A stretch of DNA of 63,289 bases, the filler included, from an uncultured Gemmatimonadota bacterium (GTDB taxonomy: Bacteria > GCA-2686955), in assembly GCA_964490075.1 (NCBI GenBank). It is 5 parts of 5 records of this genome, joined end to end, with 100 filler letters (N's around TTAATTAATTAA, not from the genome) between each part and the next. Parts side by side here need not be neighbours in the genome. Positions count along the whole stretch, not along the records: positions 42,525 to 55,614 come from CAZBBK010000098.1; positions 55,715 to 63,289 come from CAZBBK010000110.1; 3 more parts are not named here. The stretch is one strand, 5' to 3'. The notes under the pieces were generated by a model, which saw only the letters and a list, made by a program, of their open reading frames with translations, was not told where the DNA came from and searched no databases. Numbering within the stretch: position 1 is the first letter of the stretch; each line of letters opens with the position of its first letter. This document shows, piece after piece, positions 45,599-56,002 of this stretch. The position numbers and the translations under genes are program-made.

Positions 45599-46237
45599 AT
45601 GAGCCTTCGACTGGGGGATCACGCCCCCGATTTCACCGCCCAATCCTCCTTCGGAACCCTTCACTTTCACGACTACCTCGGCGACTCCTGGGGAGTGCTC
45701 TTCTCCCATCCCGCCGACTACACGCCGGTCTGTACCACCGAGCTGGGTCTGGTGGCCAATCTCAAGGGCGAGTTCGCCCGCCACAACGTCAAGGTGCTGG
45801 CGCTCTCGGTCGACACGCTGAGCTCGCACGACGGCTGGATCGTCGACATCAACGAGACCCAGAACGCCCACGTCGACTTTCCGATCATCGCCGATCCACA
45901 GCGCCGGGTGGCCGAGCTCTACGACATGATCCACCCCAACGCGCTCGAAAACGCCACCGTTCGCACCGTCTTCGTCATCGGTCCCGACAAGAAGATCAAG
46001 GCGACCCTGACCTACCCCGCGTCGACCGGCCGCAACTTCAACGAGGTCTTGCGCCTGATCGACTCCCCGCAGCTCACCGAGAACTACCAGGTGGCCACGC
46101 CGGTCAACTGGGAAGACGGCGAGGACTGCGTGATCGTGCCGGCGCTGACCGACGAGAAGGAGATCGCCGAGCGTTTTCCGAAGGGTTATCGGGCGGTCAA
46201 ACCCTACCTGCGCCTGACGCCGCAGCCGAATCGATGA
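45599..46237 (+). CDS. 1-Cys peroxiredoxin (Prx6)
   Basis: FSHPADYTPVCTTE, YPASTGRNF, VATPVNW. Confidence 0.95.
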   Translation: MSLRLGDHAPDFTAQSSFGTLHFHDYLGDSWGVLFSHPADYTPVCTTELGLVANLKGEFARHNVKVLALSVDTLSSHDGWIVDINETQNAHVDFPIIADPQRRVAELYDMIHPNALENATVRTVFVIGPDKKIKATLTYPASTGRNFNEVLRLIDSPQLTENYQVATPVNWEDGEDCVIVPALTDEKEIAERFPKGYRAVKPYLRLTPQPNR

Positions 46238-46569
46238 GCCTGGCCGAGCAGCGTTGCGTGCCCTGCCGCGGCGGTGTGCCCGCGCTCCAGGGAGAGGAGC
46301 TCGAGGCGCTGCATCGGCGGCTCGGAGGTGGATGGCAGGTGGTGGACGGGCACCATCTCTCGAAGTCTTTCCAGCTCGACGACTTCGCCCAGGCGCTGGC
46401 GCTCGTCGATCGGCTGGGAGCGATCGCCGAGGAGCAGGGGCACCACCCCGATCTCCACCTGAGCTGGGGCCGGGTGCGCGTGGAGATCTGGACCCACAAG
46501 ATCCATGGGTTGACCGAGAGCGATTTCGTGCTTGCCGCCAGGTTCGATTCCGCCGTCGGCGCGTCTTGA
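46234..46569 (+). CDS. phhB: pterin-4-alpha-carbinolamine dehydratase
   Basis: CVPCRGG, AEEQGHHPDL, WTHKIHGLTESDF. Confidence 0.9.
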   Translation: MSLAEQRCVPCRGGVPALQGEELEALHRRLGGGWQVVDGHHLSKSFQLDDFAQALALVDRLGAIAEEQGHHPDLHLSWGRVRVEIWTHKIHGLTESDFVLAARFDSAVGAS

Positions 46570-46590
46570 CGCCGGGCGCGCCACGCTCGT

Positions 46591-48975
46591 TCACGGCGCG
46601 CGGGGAGAACGAGAGGGAAGGGGGGAGCCGATGGTCCGGGTCTGAGAGTCGGTGAACGATAGCCAGGCCGGCCAGCGTCTGTCGCTGGCCCTCCAGCCCG
46701 GCCGCCCGCCGTCTTCGAGGACGGCCTGAACGGTGAAGCTGCGACCGACCAGACCCGGCCGGTCGGGAATGGTGACGGTGGCGCCGCCCCGGCTGTCCTC
46801 TCCCGTGGCTCCTTCCGCGACCGGGAAGAAGTCGGAACCGAGATGCCAGAGACCGTACTGTGTCTCGACATCTTCCGGAGTCTCTGTTGCGTACACAGTG
46901 AACTTGCGCGAAGGGGGCGCCCGCAACGCCAGCTCGACCTCGCCGCCGATCGTGACGGAGCTGTCGGCCTCGAGCTCGTAGCGGAAGGGCCAGCGGGCGC
47001 CGGCGTTGATGGCGACTCCCACCGGCAGAGTTTTGAAACCGGGTGCGCTCGCGATCAGGAAGTGCTCCGGCGGTAGCGCGGTGCCCTGGTGGTCGTAGTC
47101 GCCGGGGCCGAAGTTCAGAATCACCTCGGCGCCGTTGCTCCAGGATGCCGACTGCACGGTCCGATCGCTCTCGAGCATCTGGTGGTCGGTCATCTCCGCG
47201 TAGCCCACATACTGCGCCCACGGCACGGTGTTCTGATAGCTGAGTAGGTAGCGATCGCTGTTGCGCTCGAAGAACGACTCCAGGAACACGCTATCCCAGC
47301 TGAAGCGCCACATCGGATTGCCGCCGTGAAGGATGCACAGCAGGTCCTTCATCGCCCACAGGTCGGGCATCTTGTCGGAGAAGTCGCCCCACCAGAACGA
47401 GAGCTGCGCGCAGTCGCCGAAGACCAGCTCGAAGAGCGGGGCGCGGTGCACGGGTCCCTCGTACTCCACGTAATCCTGTACCCAGTGGCCGAACACCTGG
47501 TTGTCATTCGCGTGGTCGTCGATGAAGGTGCCTTCGTTGTAGGAGTGGACCGCCGTGGAGAGCAGTCCCTCGAAGTAGTCGCATCCCGGCACTGCCCAGT
47601 CCTGGCCCCCCTCGGATCCGGTCACGTAGGGACCTCCGAGGGAATCGCCGGTGAGATCCTCCAGAAGGCCGATGCGGGCCGCCTTGTCGTCGGATCGAGT
47701 CCAGGGATGCGTCGACCGATGACACTCCTCGAACCCGATCTTCGCCAGCACGTCGATGAAGAACCCGGCGTAGTCGAACTTGGACTGGATGTAAGGCACG
47801 CGAAGAGCGTTGGTCGGCCGCCAGATCGAGCCGCAGGTGGCCCAGAAAGGCGGGTCGCCGCCGCGGCTCCAGGGGGCGTTGCCGGCATGATAGGCGGCGT
47901 CGGCTCCGGCGCCGAAGCCGTCGACCGGAAGCCAGTTCATGAAGGTGCAGTAGCCCACCCGGTCCATGTTCCAGTAGTCCTCACGCTGCCCCGGGTCGAC
48001 GATTCCCCAGTAGAGGAGATAGCGCATCGGGATGCCGCCGTCGTCGAGGATTTGCTGATGGATCTCCGCGGTGCCCCAACCCCAACCGGTGCGCAGCTGG
48101 CGCGAAATCCCCATCTCCAGAAGCTCGTCGTAGAGGTGGTGCACGCCGGTGTAGGCGTGGACGCAGCCCACCACCCGCTCCACTTCGTTCCGCGCCACCC
48201 GCTTGTCGGCCAGGGTATGCAGCAGGTCCGCGGCCGCCGCCCAGTCGCGGTACTCCTTGCAGATCTGCACGTAGCCGCCGGTGGTGACGAAGCGCCAGCG
48301 GACCTGCCGCGGGTAGCCGAAGAGTCCCAGCTCGGGTCGCCACTTCATTCGCCAGCCGAGGTAGCGGCGGACTCCGTCGGGGTAGACGTAGGCGTTGTGG
48401 ATGAGGGCGTCGACCGCCGTCTCGCAGATGCGCAGGAAGCCCTCGCCGGTGACCAGATCGGTCTGCCCGTTCCAGGCCATGGAGTTGCCCCAGGCCGTCT
48501 TGATGTTCCCGGTGGGTGTGCCGTCGGGCTGCCGCACGGTGTAGAGCAGCCCGCTGTTGGCGGTGTCCAGAGCCACGGCGTCGGGCGTCTCCATGACGAA
48601 GGGCGTGGGATACTCGAATTCGCTCGGCATGAGGGTCGCCCCGGACCCCAGGATGCGCATCACCAGCTCCGGCTGACCGGCCACCAGCTCGAGCTCCAGG
48701 TCGAGTCCGACCGCGCCGCCGGTCCAGTCGGAGGGCATGGGACAGCTCAAGACCATTCCGTCCACCTGGGCGGTCGTGGAGCTCCGGCTCAGCAGGCGGA
48801 ATTGGCGATATGAGCTCCCGCTGCGCAGGTCACGGATCGAGAAGGTGCCGTCGGCCTCGTAGAAGCTCAGCTCGAGGATGCCGTTGTCGAGCACGTGGGT
48901 GGCTTGCGCCGCGGCCGGAGAGGCGAGGGACGCAAGGCAGAAGAGCGCGGCGAGCTGCGGAAGTCGACCGGCCAT
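46591..48975 (-). CDS. secreted glycoside hydrolase (GH101/GH129-like) with extra C-terminal domain
   Basis: signal peptide; GGYVQICKEYR, FFIDV, TGSEGG.DWAVP..DYFEG, PLFELVFGDC. Confidence 0.65.
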   Translation of the reverse strand: MAGRLPQLAALFCLASLASPAAAQATHVLDNGILELSFYEADGTFSIRDLRSGSSYRQFRLLSRSSTTAQVDGMVLSCPMPSDWTGGAVGLDLELELVAGQPELVMRILGSGATLMPSEFEYPTPFVMETPDAVALDTANSGLLYTVRQPDGTPTGNIKTAWGNSMAWNGQTDLVTGEGFLRICETAVDALIHNAYVYPDGVRRYLGWRMKWRPELGLFGYPRQVRWRFVTTGGYVQICKEYRDWAAAADLLHTLADKRVARNEVERVVGCVHAYTGVHHLYDELLEMGISRQLRTGWGWGTAEIHQQILDDGGIPMRYLLYWGIVDPGQREDYWNMDRVGYCTFMNWLPVDGFGAGADAAYHAGNAPWSRGGDPPFWATCGSIWRPTNALRVPYIQSKFDYAGFFIDVLAKIGFEECHRSTHPWTRSDDKAARIGLLEDLTGDSLGGPYVTGSEGGQDWAVPGCDYFEGLLSTAVHSYNEGTFIDDHANDNQVFGHWVQDYVEYEGPVHRAPLFELVFGDCAQLSFWWGDFSDKMPDLWAMKDLLCILHGGNPMWRFSWDSVFLESFFERNSDRYLLSYQNTVPWAQYVGYAEMTDHQMLESDRTVQSASWSNGAEVILNFGPGDYDHQGTALPPEHFLIASAPGFKTLPVGVAINAGARWPFRYELEADSSVTIGGEVELALRAPPSRKFTVYATETPEDVETQYGLWHLGSDFFPVAEGATGEDSRGGATVTIPDRPGLVGRSFTVQAVLEDGGRPGWRASDRRWPAWLSFTDSQTRTIGSPLPSRSPRAP

Positions 48976-49036
48976 GAGGCCTCCCGGATTGGCGTTGGAA
49001 TCGCTTCTGGTCCTCTTCCTCTATCGTAACCGTGGT

Positions 49037-50086
49037 TCAGGAGCCCCGGTCGCCGCCCTCCGGAGCGAGGACCTTCCCGCGATGCAACCGGAAGAGCAAC
49101 ACGAAGTAGAGGATCGCCAGCAGCAGCCCGATCGGCCACCAGAGCAGTCCTGCTCGCAACGATGCCGGGCTCGCCGCCGAATTGAGCGCGGTGAGCGATC
49201 GGGAAGAGACACCGATCGAGCGGATCATCGTGGGATAGGTAGACGCGGCGGTTGCACCGAGCAGTCCGAAAAGAAAAGCACTCGACCCCAGGAAGGCAGC
49301 CAGATCGCGGCGCGTGCGCCGGGCGAAGAGGCAGCCGATCAAACCGCCGAGGGAGAGCAGGCCCGCGAGCCAGGCCAATGGCCGGGCGGCGAAGGCCGAA
49401 AAGACCCCCGGCGTGATCGCCGCGCTTGCCGCGGTGGTGGCGGCCCACAGGGCGACCACCATCCAGAAGAGCGGTCGCGCCGAGCGGCGGCCGCGCTCGC
49501 CGACCTCACCCGCCGCTTTCCAGGCGAGGAAGAGCGCTCCGTGGTGCAGCAGCGCCGCCAGCGCCAGGATTCCGGCGAGCAGAGTGTACCAGTCGAAGAT
49601 CCCGAGCTCGCCGCGCGGCGACAACGACTCGAAGAGGGAGAGAGCGAACCATCCGTCTTCGCGCAAGGGCACTCCGCGCACCAGGTTGCCGAGCAGGACG
49701 CCGAAGAGCAGCGCGGAGAGAACCGAGGCGCAGGCCAGCGCCACGTCCCAAAACGAGCGCCACAGCGGATCGTCGAGGTGCGAGCGCAGCTCGATGGCGA
49801 TGCCGCGCACGATGAGCATCCAGAGCAGCAACATGATCGCCAGATAGAAGCCGGAGAGGGCGCTGCCGAGCACCCTCGGAAATGCCAGGAAGAGCACGCC
49901 TCCGCCGGCGATCAGCCAAACTTCGTTGCCATCCCAGAAGGGGCCGATGGCGGCCAGCACCTGGCGGCGTTCGCGGTCGCCGCGCGCGATCCACAGGTGC
50001 AGCGCGCCGGCGCCAAAGTCGAAACCGTCGGTGACGACATAGATCGCGATCATCAGTGCGGCGATCGCAAACCAGAGCATCTCCAT
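49037..50086 (-). CDS. cydB: cytochrome bd oxidase subunit II
   Basis: DGFDFGAG, IGPFWDGNEVWLI. Confidence 0.95.
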   Translation of the reverse strand: MEMLWFAIAALMIAIYVVTDGFDFGAGALHLWIARGDRERRQVLAAIGPFWDGNEVWLIAGGGVLFLAFPRVLGSALSGFYLAIMLLLWMLIVRGIAIELRSHLDDPLWRSFWDVALACASVLSALLFGVLLGNLVRGVPLREDGWFALSLFESLSPRGELGIFDWYTLLAGILALAALLHHGALFLAWKAAGEVGERGRRSARPLFWMVVALWAATTAASAAITPGVFSAFAARPLAWLAGLLSLGGLIGCLFARRTRRDLAAFLGSSAFLFGLLGATAASTYPTMIRSIGVSSRSLTALNSAASPASLRAGLLWWPIGLLLAILYFVLLFRLHRGKVLAPEGGDRGS

Positions 50087-50098
50087 GATTCGATCTCC

Positions 50099-51454
50099 TC
50101 AGGTCGTCGCGTTTCGATTACCGGAGGCGACCGAGACCGCCCGCGGACCGTGGCCGATCTCCTTGGCGACCAGCGCCAGGAAGAGCACCCCGAGCACCAG
50201 GTAGAGACCGGCGAAGCCGAGCAACGTGAACAGAGTCGTGCCCGCGTGCACGGTGGGCGAACCGCCCTCCGCGGTGCGCATCAGCCCATAGACCAGCCAG
50301 GGTTGGCGGCCGAGCTCGGCGCTCATCCAGCCCGCGGTGTTGGCGATGAAGGGGAAGGGCATGGCGAGGGTGAGCATCCACAGCATCCAGCGCGCCGAAT
50401 CGAGTCGGCCGATCCAGAGCAGCAGCGCTGCCGTTGCCGACAGGGCAATGAACAGTGTTCCCAGCCCGACCATGATATGAAAGGTGTAGTAGAGGAGCTC
50501 GACGTTGTTCGGCCGGTTCTCCTCCGGGAACTCGAACAGTCCACGAACGTTGGCCGAGAAATCGCCGTAGGCGATCCACGACAAGATCGCGGGCAGTCGA
50601 ATTGCGTTGTCGAGCCTGCGTTCTGCCAGATTGGGCTGACCGATGATGGCGATCGGGGCCCGGGGTCCGCTTTCGAAGCGCCCTTCCATCGCCGCCAGGG
50701 TCACCGGTTGATGGGCGGCGACCATGCGTCCTTGCTCGTGGCCAGTCGGAAAGGCGACAAGCAAGGTGGCGACGAACGCGGCGACCACGCCGGTGCGCAG
50801 CGAGATCCGGGCTACTTTGGCGTGCTCGTGCCGGAGTGTCCAGAAGGCACCGACCCCCGCAAGGGTGAAGGCAGCGGTCACAGTAGACGCAACCTGGTTG
50901 TGGAGGAACTGCGCGATCGCCCAGGGGTTGAAGAGGAGCTCGGTGAGACTTGCGATCTGGAAGGTGCGGTCCGCCGCGAGCTGGTAGCCAACAGGATGCT
51001 GCATGAAGGCGTTGGTGGCGATGATGAAGGTGGCGGAGAGCCAGCTTCCCACGAAGAGCGCACACGCGAAGAGCAGGTGGAGCCTGGGACCGAATCGTCG
51101 TTCGCCGAAGAGCAGCAGAGCGAGGAAGCACGATTCCAGGAAGAACGCGAACATCCCTTCCATCGCCAACGTCTGACCGATGACGCCTCCGGTCCGCTGC
51201 GCGAAGCTCGCCCAGTTGGCGCCGAGCTGGAACTCGAGCGGCACACCGGTCGCTACACCCATCGCGAAGGCCAGTCCGAAGATCCGGATCCAGAAGCGCG
51301 CCGCATCGGCCCACGCCGCGTCGCCGCGCCGCAACGCCACGCTCTTCATCACCACGATGAGCAGCGCGAGTCCCATCGTCAATTGTGGGAAGATGTAGTG
51401 AAAGGTGACGGTGAATGCGAACTGCAGGCGGTGCATGAGCAATGGATCGGCCAT
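50099..51454 (-). CDS. cydA: cytochrome bd oxidase subunit I (short Q-loop)
   Basis: RLQFAFT..FHYIF, FFLES, NAFMQHP, QP..LAAMEG, ELGRQPW. Confidence 0.95.
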   Translation of the reverse strand: MADPLLMHRLQFAFTVTFHYIFPQLTMGLALLIVVMKSVALRRGDAAWADAARFWIRIFGLAFAMGVATGVPLEFQLGANWASFAQRTGGVIGQTLAMEGMFAFFLESCFLALLLFGERRFGPRLHLLFACALFVGSWLSATFIIATNAFMQHPVGYQLAADRTFQIASLTELLFNPWAIAQFLHNQVASTVTAAFTLAGVGAFWTLRHEHAKVARISLRTGVVAAFVATLLVAFPTGHEQGRMVAAHQPVTLAAMEGRFESGPRAPIAIIGQPNLAERRLDNAIRLPAILSWIAYGDFSANVRGLFEFPEENRPNNVELLYYTFHIMVGLGTLFIALSATAALLLWIGRLDSARWMLWMLTLAMPFPFIANTAGWMSAELGRQPWLVYGLMRTAEGGSPTVHAGTTLFTLLGFAGLYLVLGVLFLALVAKEIGHGPRAVSVASGNRNATT

Positions 51455-51749
51455 GGTTCGTGCACCTTACTCCTTGGCGCCGCGGTTCGGACTCCGGAAC
51501 TTCAGCTGAACCCCGCCGCTCGCCGCGGCGACTCGCGAGATGGTCGACCCCTGCACGCCTTCGTGGTCCCCGTGTTAGGATGGCCAGGAACACGCTGACG
51601 GCGACCGCGGAGAATCGCCGCGTTGGCACGCGGATCGAGCCCGTGTCGACGCGGGGGCGAGCCGGTGGAGGTGGTGTTGGGGTCGTTTCGGTTCCAGGGG
51701 CCGTAGTAGCATCCGCCCATCGCTGATGCGGGATCCGAAGGACAGCGTC

Positions 51750-53670
51750 ATGTCGAATTCAGAGTGGAATTCGGGGCACCGGACAGGCGTCGCTGGCGCG
51801 CTGGTCGCAATGGCGATTCTCGTGGGAACGGTGCAGGTCGCCCGCGCGGTCGAGCTCAACGATTTGCGCGGCGAGCTGGCGGTGGTCGGAACGCAGGCGT
51901 CCGAAGTGGGTCGGACGCTACGATGCGACCTTGCAGGGGGCGGAACGGGTGAGCGATGTCGTGGGGCGGGCCGGCGCCGCCTACGTGCTGGTCGAAGGCC
52001 AGCCCTGTCTCCAGGTCGTGGATCTCGCCGATCCTTCCGCGCCGCGCTACGTACGCTCTCAGGTGGACGCCTTCCAGGACGGCTTCGATGGCGCGCTATC
52101 GCTCGATCCGATCCACCCGCTCCTGGCGGTGCTCGTCGCAACGGATCGCTTCTCCACCTACGCGCCCTTCTTTGTGCTCGACATCCGGAAGCCGCTCGAT
52201 CCGATCCCGGCCAGCGAGGGGGGGACGCGTGCTCAGAGCGGCGGACTGGAGCTGCGCGCACCGTTGCTGGTCGGCACCTGCTCCACCCGCCGCGACACCC
52301 CCGCTCATTCCCTGCATTCCTTCCGCACCGGGAGCGACACCCGGGTGTCGTCGATCGGCATCGATGCCGAGCACAGCCGCGTGGCCGCGCTCGACGGGGA
52401 GCGTGCGCTGGTCTACAGCCGCGCGACGGGGGAGAGCGGGCGGGAGCGCTTGCGGATCTTCGATGTCGGCGAGCCGGAGGGCGCACCCTTGGCCGCGGCG
52501 ACGCTGGACCTGGGAAGCCGGGCGCTCGCGATGGCAATCCTGGGCGACACCTTGGCGGTGGTGGGGCACGGAGTGTGCAACGACTACACCGGCGCGTCTG
52601 CAGGTGACTCGGACGACTGGCGCGATACATACACCCTCTCCACGATCGACCTGCGCGATCCCGCGACCCCAACGCTTCTGGACTCCTGGACGTTCGACTC
52701 GCCATGGAGCTTCTACTGTGCGGCCCGCAAGGCATTGGCTGTTCGAGAGGACGGTATTGCACTGGTATCGGATGGCTACGATCTGCACCTGCTCGACGTG
52801 GCGAATCCCTGGGCGATCCGCAAGCTGGCGACACTTCCCGGGGAACGGGGCGACGTGGGGGCGATCGACGGGTCGATCGCGGTGGTTACCTGGGTGCAGC
52901 AGGAAGAATCGTTCCGCCGGGATCAACACCTCACCGTCCTGGATTTGGCGGACCCACACGAGCCACGGGTAGTCGCGAGATGGATGGGCATGGTTGCCGA
53001 TGGCTCACAGGGCTGGAGCGACGGACACGCCACCGACCTCGAGATGCGGGACGGGCACGCCTGGCTGTTGGGTCACGCCTGGAGACCTGATTGGGGCGGA
53101 TGGCAGATTGGGGAAGGGAAGCTCTTCACGGTCGACATCACCGACCCGGCGACACCCGAGCTGGTCGAGACCATCTCTCTCGACAGGGCTCATGACTTCG
53201 CCTTCGACGACTCGCTGCTCTACATCGCCGAAGGAAGCACGAGCTACAACGGACCCGGCTGCATCCGCATCCGTCGAGTCGTTGGTCCCGGTCGGAGCAG
53301 CGCCGTCAGCGAGCTCTGGTACAGGAAGGACATTCCTGGCCCCTACCCAGGACCGGAGGCCCGCCTGCTCCCCTTCGGCCTCCGGCAGCTGCTCACGATC
53401 CGAGGCAGACCCCAGAGTCTCGCCGACCCGGGACCTCCCCACCAGATCGACGCCTTCCTCCCCGCGGTGCCGGCCGACCTGGCCGTGGGCACTCCGGTCA
53501 CTTCCGCCGAGACCGTTCCCTTCGGAGACCTGGCCCTGATCCGTGGAAATATCGTCGTCAGTGTGGCTGGCACCAATCTCGAGACCATGCCTCTTCGCTA
53601 CGGCTCGCCGGGCGTCCCGCGGCTGATCGCGGAACGTGTGCTGCCTCCCCTCCCCGCTACTCCCCAGTAA
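51750..53670 (+). pseudogene. secreted LVIVD-repeat beta-propeller protein, frameshifted near 51935
   Basis: signal-bearing N-terminus in one frame; repeats LQVVDLADPSAP, IDLRDPATP, LDVANP, VDITDPATP in another; G5 run at the junction. Confidence 0.6.
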
Positions 53671-54070
53671 TCGTCACCACCACCACCCGCGCCCTGCGCG
53701 GTCCGTCGAAGTCGCAGAGAAAGACGTTTTGCCACGTGGAAAGCGCCAGTTGGCCGCCGCGGATCGGGATCGTTTCGCTGGGACCGACCAGGCCGGCCTG
53801 GATGTGGGCGGCGCCGTTGTTGTCGACGCGGTCGTGGCGCCAGCGCCCGGCGGGGATCAGGCCGTCGAGACAGTCGAGCACGTCGAAGGCGATGTTCGGA
53901 TCGTCGTTCTCCTGCACCATCAGCGCCGCGGTGGCGCCCTGGGCGTAGAGCGCGCAGCTTCCTTCATCGACGCCCGATTCGCGCACCGCGGCGCGCGCCA
54001 GATGGGTGATGTCGACCAGTTGGCGGGGCGCCTGGGTTGCGACGCGCAGCTCGCAGGTGTGGAGCTTCAT
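53657..54070 (-). CDS. YjbQ/UPF0047 family protein
   Basis: DIT, TAAL.VQEN.DP, HD..DNN..AHI, L.TWQ..FLCDFDGPR. Confidence 0.9.
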   Translation of the reverse strand: MKLHTCELRVATQAPRQLVDITHLARAAVRESGVDEGSCALYAQGATAALMVQENDDPNIAFDVLDCLDGLIPAGRWRHDRVDNNGAAHIQAGLVGPSETIPIRGGQLALSTWQNVFLCDFDGPRRARVVVVTITGE

Positions 54071-54075
54071 GGTGT

Positions 54076-55512
54076 CTACCCGCCGATCTCGTCGAGCAGC
54101 CCGAGCAGCCCGATGGCGTTGAGGAAGACCAGCACCACCGCCACCGGAACCAGGTAGCGCAAGAGGCGGATCCAGCCCCAGTAGAGCTGGCCGTAGCGGG
54201 TGCCGGAACGGAATGCCTGCTCGCGCGCCTCGCCGCCGACCCGCCAGGCGACGAAGAGCGCGATCCCGAGCCCGCCGAGCGGCAGCATCCAGTTGCTGGC
54301 CAGGTAGTCGAAGAAGTCGAACCAGTTGAGCCCGGCGCCGCCCTTGATGCCGAGCAGCCCGGTGGCGGCGGAGAAGCGGGCGCCGAAGAGCTCAGTCCCC
54401 CCACTCAACGCCGACGGAATCCCTAGCACCAGGATCGACCCGCCGCAGATCAACGTGGCGCGCGTGCGCTGCCAGCCGCGCTCGTCGATGAAGTAGCTGA
54501 CCGCCACCTCGAGCAGCGAAATGGCGCTGGTGAGCGCCGCGAAGGTGAGCAGCACGAAGAAGATCGTGGCCCAGATCGAGCCGCCGGGCATCTGCGCGAA
54601 GGCGATCGGCAGGCTGACGAAGACCAGCCCCGGCCCCGCCGATGGCTCCATTCCGTAGGAGAAGATGATCGGGAAAAGCACCATGCAGGCGACCAGGGCG
54701 ATCAGAGTATCGAGCACGCCGACGGTGACCGAAGTCGTCACCAAATCGTCGTCGTGCCGCAGGTAGCTGCCGTAGGTGATCATGGCGCCCATGCCGAGAC
54801 TCAGGGTGAAGAAGGCATGGCCCAGCGCCTCCAGCACTCCGGCCGCGGTCAGCTTCTCGGAGTGGGGACCGAAGACGAAGTCGAGTGCCGGCGCGAAGCC
54901 GGTCGTGGTCACCGCGTTGCCCAGCAGCAAGAGGAGGATCAGGAAGAGCGTCGGCATCAGGATGCGCGCCCAACGCTCCACACCGCGCCGAATCCCGCCG
55001 ATCACGATGGCGATCGTGAGGCCCATGAAGATCACATGCCAGACCAGGTTCAGCGGTCCATGCTCGAACAGACCCGGAGCGTTCGGATCGCCGCTGGTGA
55101 AGAGCGTTGTCACCTGACCCGGCGCCAGTCCGGCGAAGGTTCCGCTCAGCGCCAGCCAAGTGTAGTGCATCGCCCAGCCGGCCACCACGCTGTAGTAGGA
55201 GAGGATCACGAAGGCCGCCGCCACCCCGAGCCAGCCGACCCCGATCCAGGCACTGCCGGGGCGCGACAGGGAGCGAAAGGCGCCGACCGGCGAGCTCTGC
55301 GCGGCGCGCCCGATGAAGATCTCGGCGATCATGATCGGCAGTCCTACGCAGGCGATGCAGATCAGGTAGATCAGCACGAACCAGCCGCCGCCGTTCTCGC
55401 CGGTGATGTAGGGGAACTTCCAGATGTTCCCGAGGCCGATCGCCGACCCCGCCGCCGCCAGGATGAAGCCGAGCTTGGAGCCCCAGTGTCCGCGATCGGT
55501 GGTGCTGGTCAT
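54076..55512 (-). CDS. sodium-dependent NSS/SNF family transporter
   Basis: WGSKLGFILAAAGSAIGLGNIWKFPY, FFTLSLGMG, GPGLVF. Confidence 0.95.
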   Translation of the reverse strand: MTSTTDRGHWGSKLGFILAAAGSAIGLGNIWKFPYITGENGGGWFVLIYLICIACVGLPIMIAEIFIGRAAQSSPVGAFRSLSRPGSAWIGVGWLGVAAAFVILSYYSVVAGWAMHYTWLALSGTFAGLAPGQVTTLFTSGDPNAPGLFEHGPLNLVWHVIFMGLTIAIVIGGIRRGVERWARILMPTLFLILLLLLGNAVTTTGFAPALDFVFGPHSEKLTAAGVLEALGHAFFTLSLGMGAMITYGSYLRHDDDLVTTSVTVGVLDTLIALVACMVLFPIIFSYGMEPSAGPGLVFVSLPIAFAQMPGGSIWATIFFVLLTFAALTSAISLLEVAVSYFIDERGWQRTRATLICGGSILVLGIPSALSGGTELFGARFSAATGLLGIKGGAGLNWFDFFDYLASNWMLPLGGLGIALFVAWRVGGEAREQAFRSGTRYGQLYWGWIRLLRYLVPVAVVLVFLNAIGLLGLLDEIGG

Positions 55513-55614
55513 GGTGCCGCCTTCGTTGGTCAGGGATTGGAGACGCTGACCGAGGATCCTACCTGTCATGCTCCCACAATTCCTGCCGCAAATCGGGCCA
55601 GAAATTCCGCAAGT

Positions 55615-55714
55615 NNNNNNNNNNNNNNNNNNNNNNNNNNNNNNNNNNNNNNNNNNNNTTAATTAATTAANNNNNNNNNNNNNNNNNNNNNNNNNNNNNN
55701 NNNNNNNNNNNNNN
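55615..55714. other. artificial contig linker
   Basis: N-run with TTAATTAATTAA. Confidence 0.98.
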
Positions 55715-55983
55715 GTGGCGGCCGGCGGCGCGGCGGCGGGCGCGGGTGCGGGCGCGGGCGCGGGAGCCGGGGTAGGCTCGGCGGCGGGCACCGGCGCGGG
55801 CGGGGCCGTTGGAAGGGCATGGGCCTGGGGAACCGGGTAGACAGACGCCGTGCCGTCGACGAACGCGCGCGGCGTTCTTCGGGTCACCCGCACCCTGTGC
55901 AGGAACCACCGGGTGACCTCGACCTCGTCCACGTCGCTGCCCTGGACCAGGTCGATCAGACGGCGGATCTCTTCGAGTTTCAT
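55715..55983 (-). CDS. accB: acetyl-CoA carboxylase biotin carboxyl carrier protein (partial)
   Basis: MKLEEIRRLIDLV..SDVDEVEV plus Pro/Ala linker, directly after efp; biotinyl domain cut off. Confidence 0.75.
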
Positions 55984-56002
55984 TGCGACTCCGGCTGCAG
56001 GG

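Noticed and set aside
14624-55714. Four identical TTAATTAATTAA motifs in N-runs
   Set aside because: Artificial contig linkers; ORFs crossing them and cross-contig adjacency are meaningless
55715-55810. GCGGGC/GCGGGT tandem hexamers
   Set aside because: They encode the normal Pro-Ala linker of AccB
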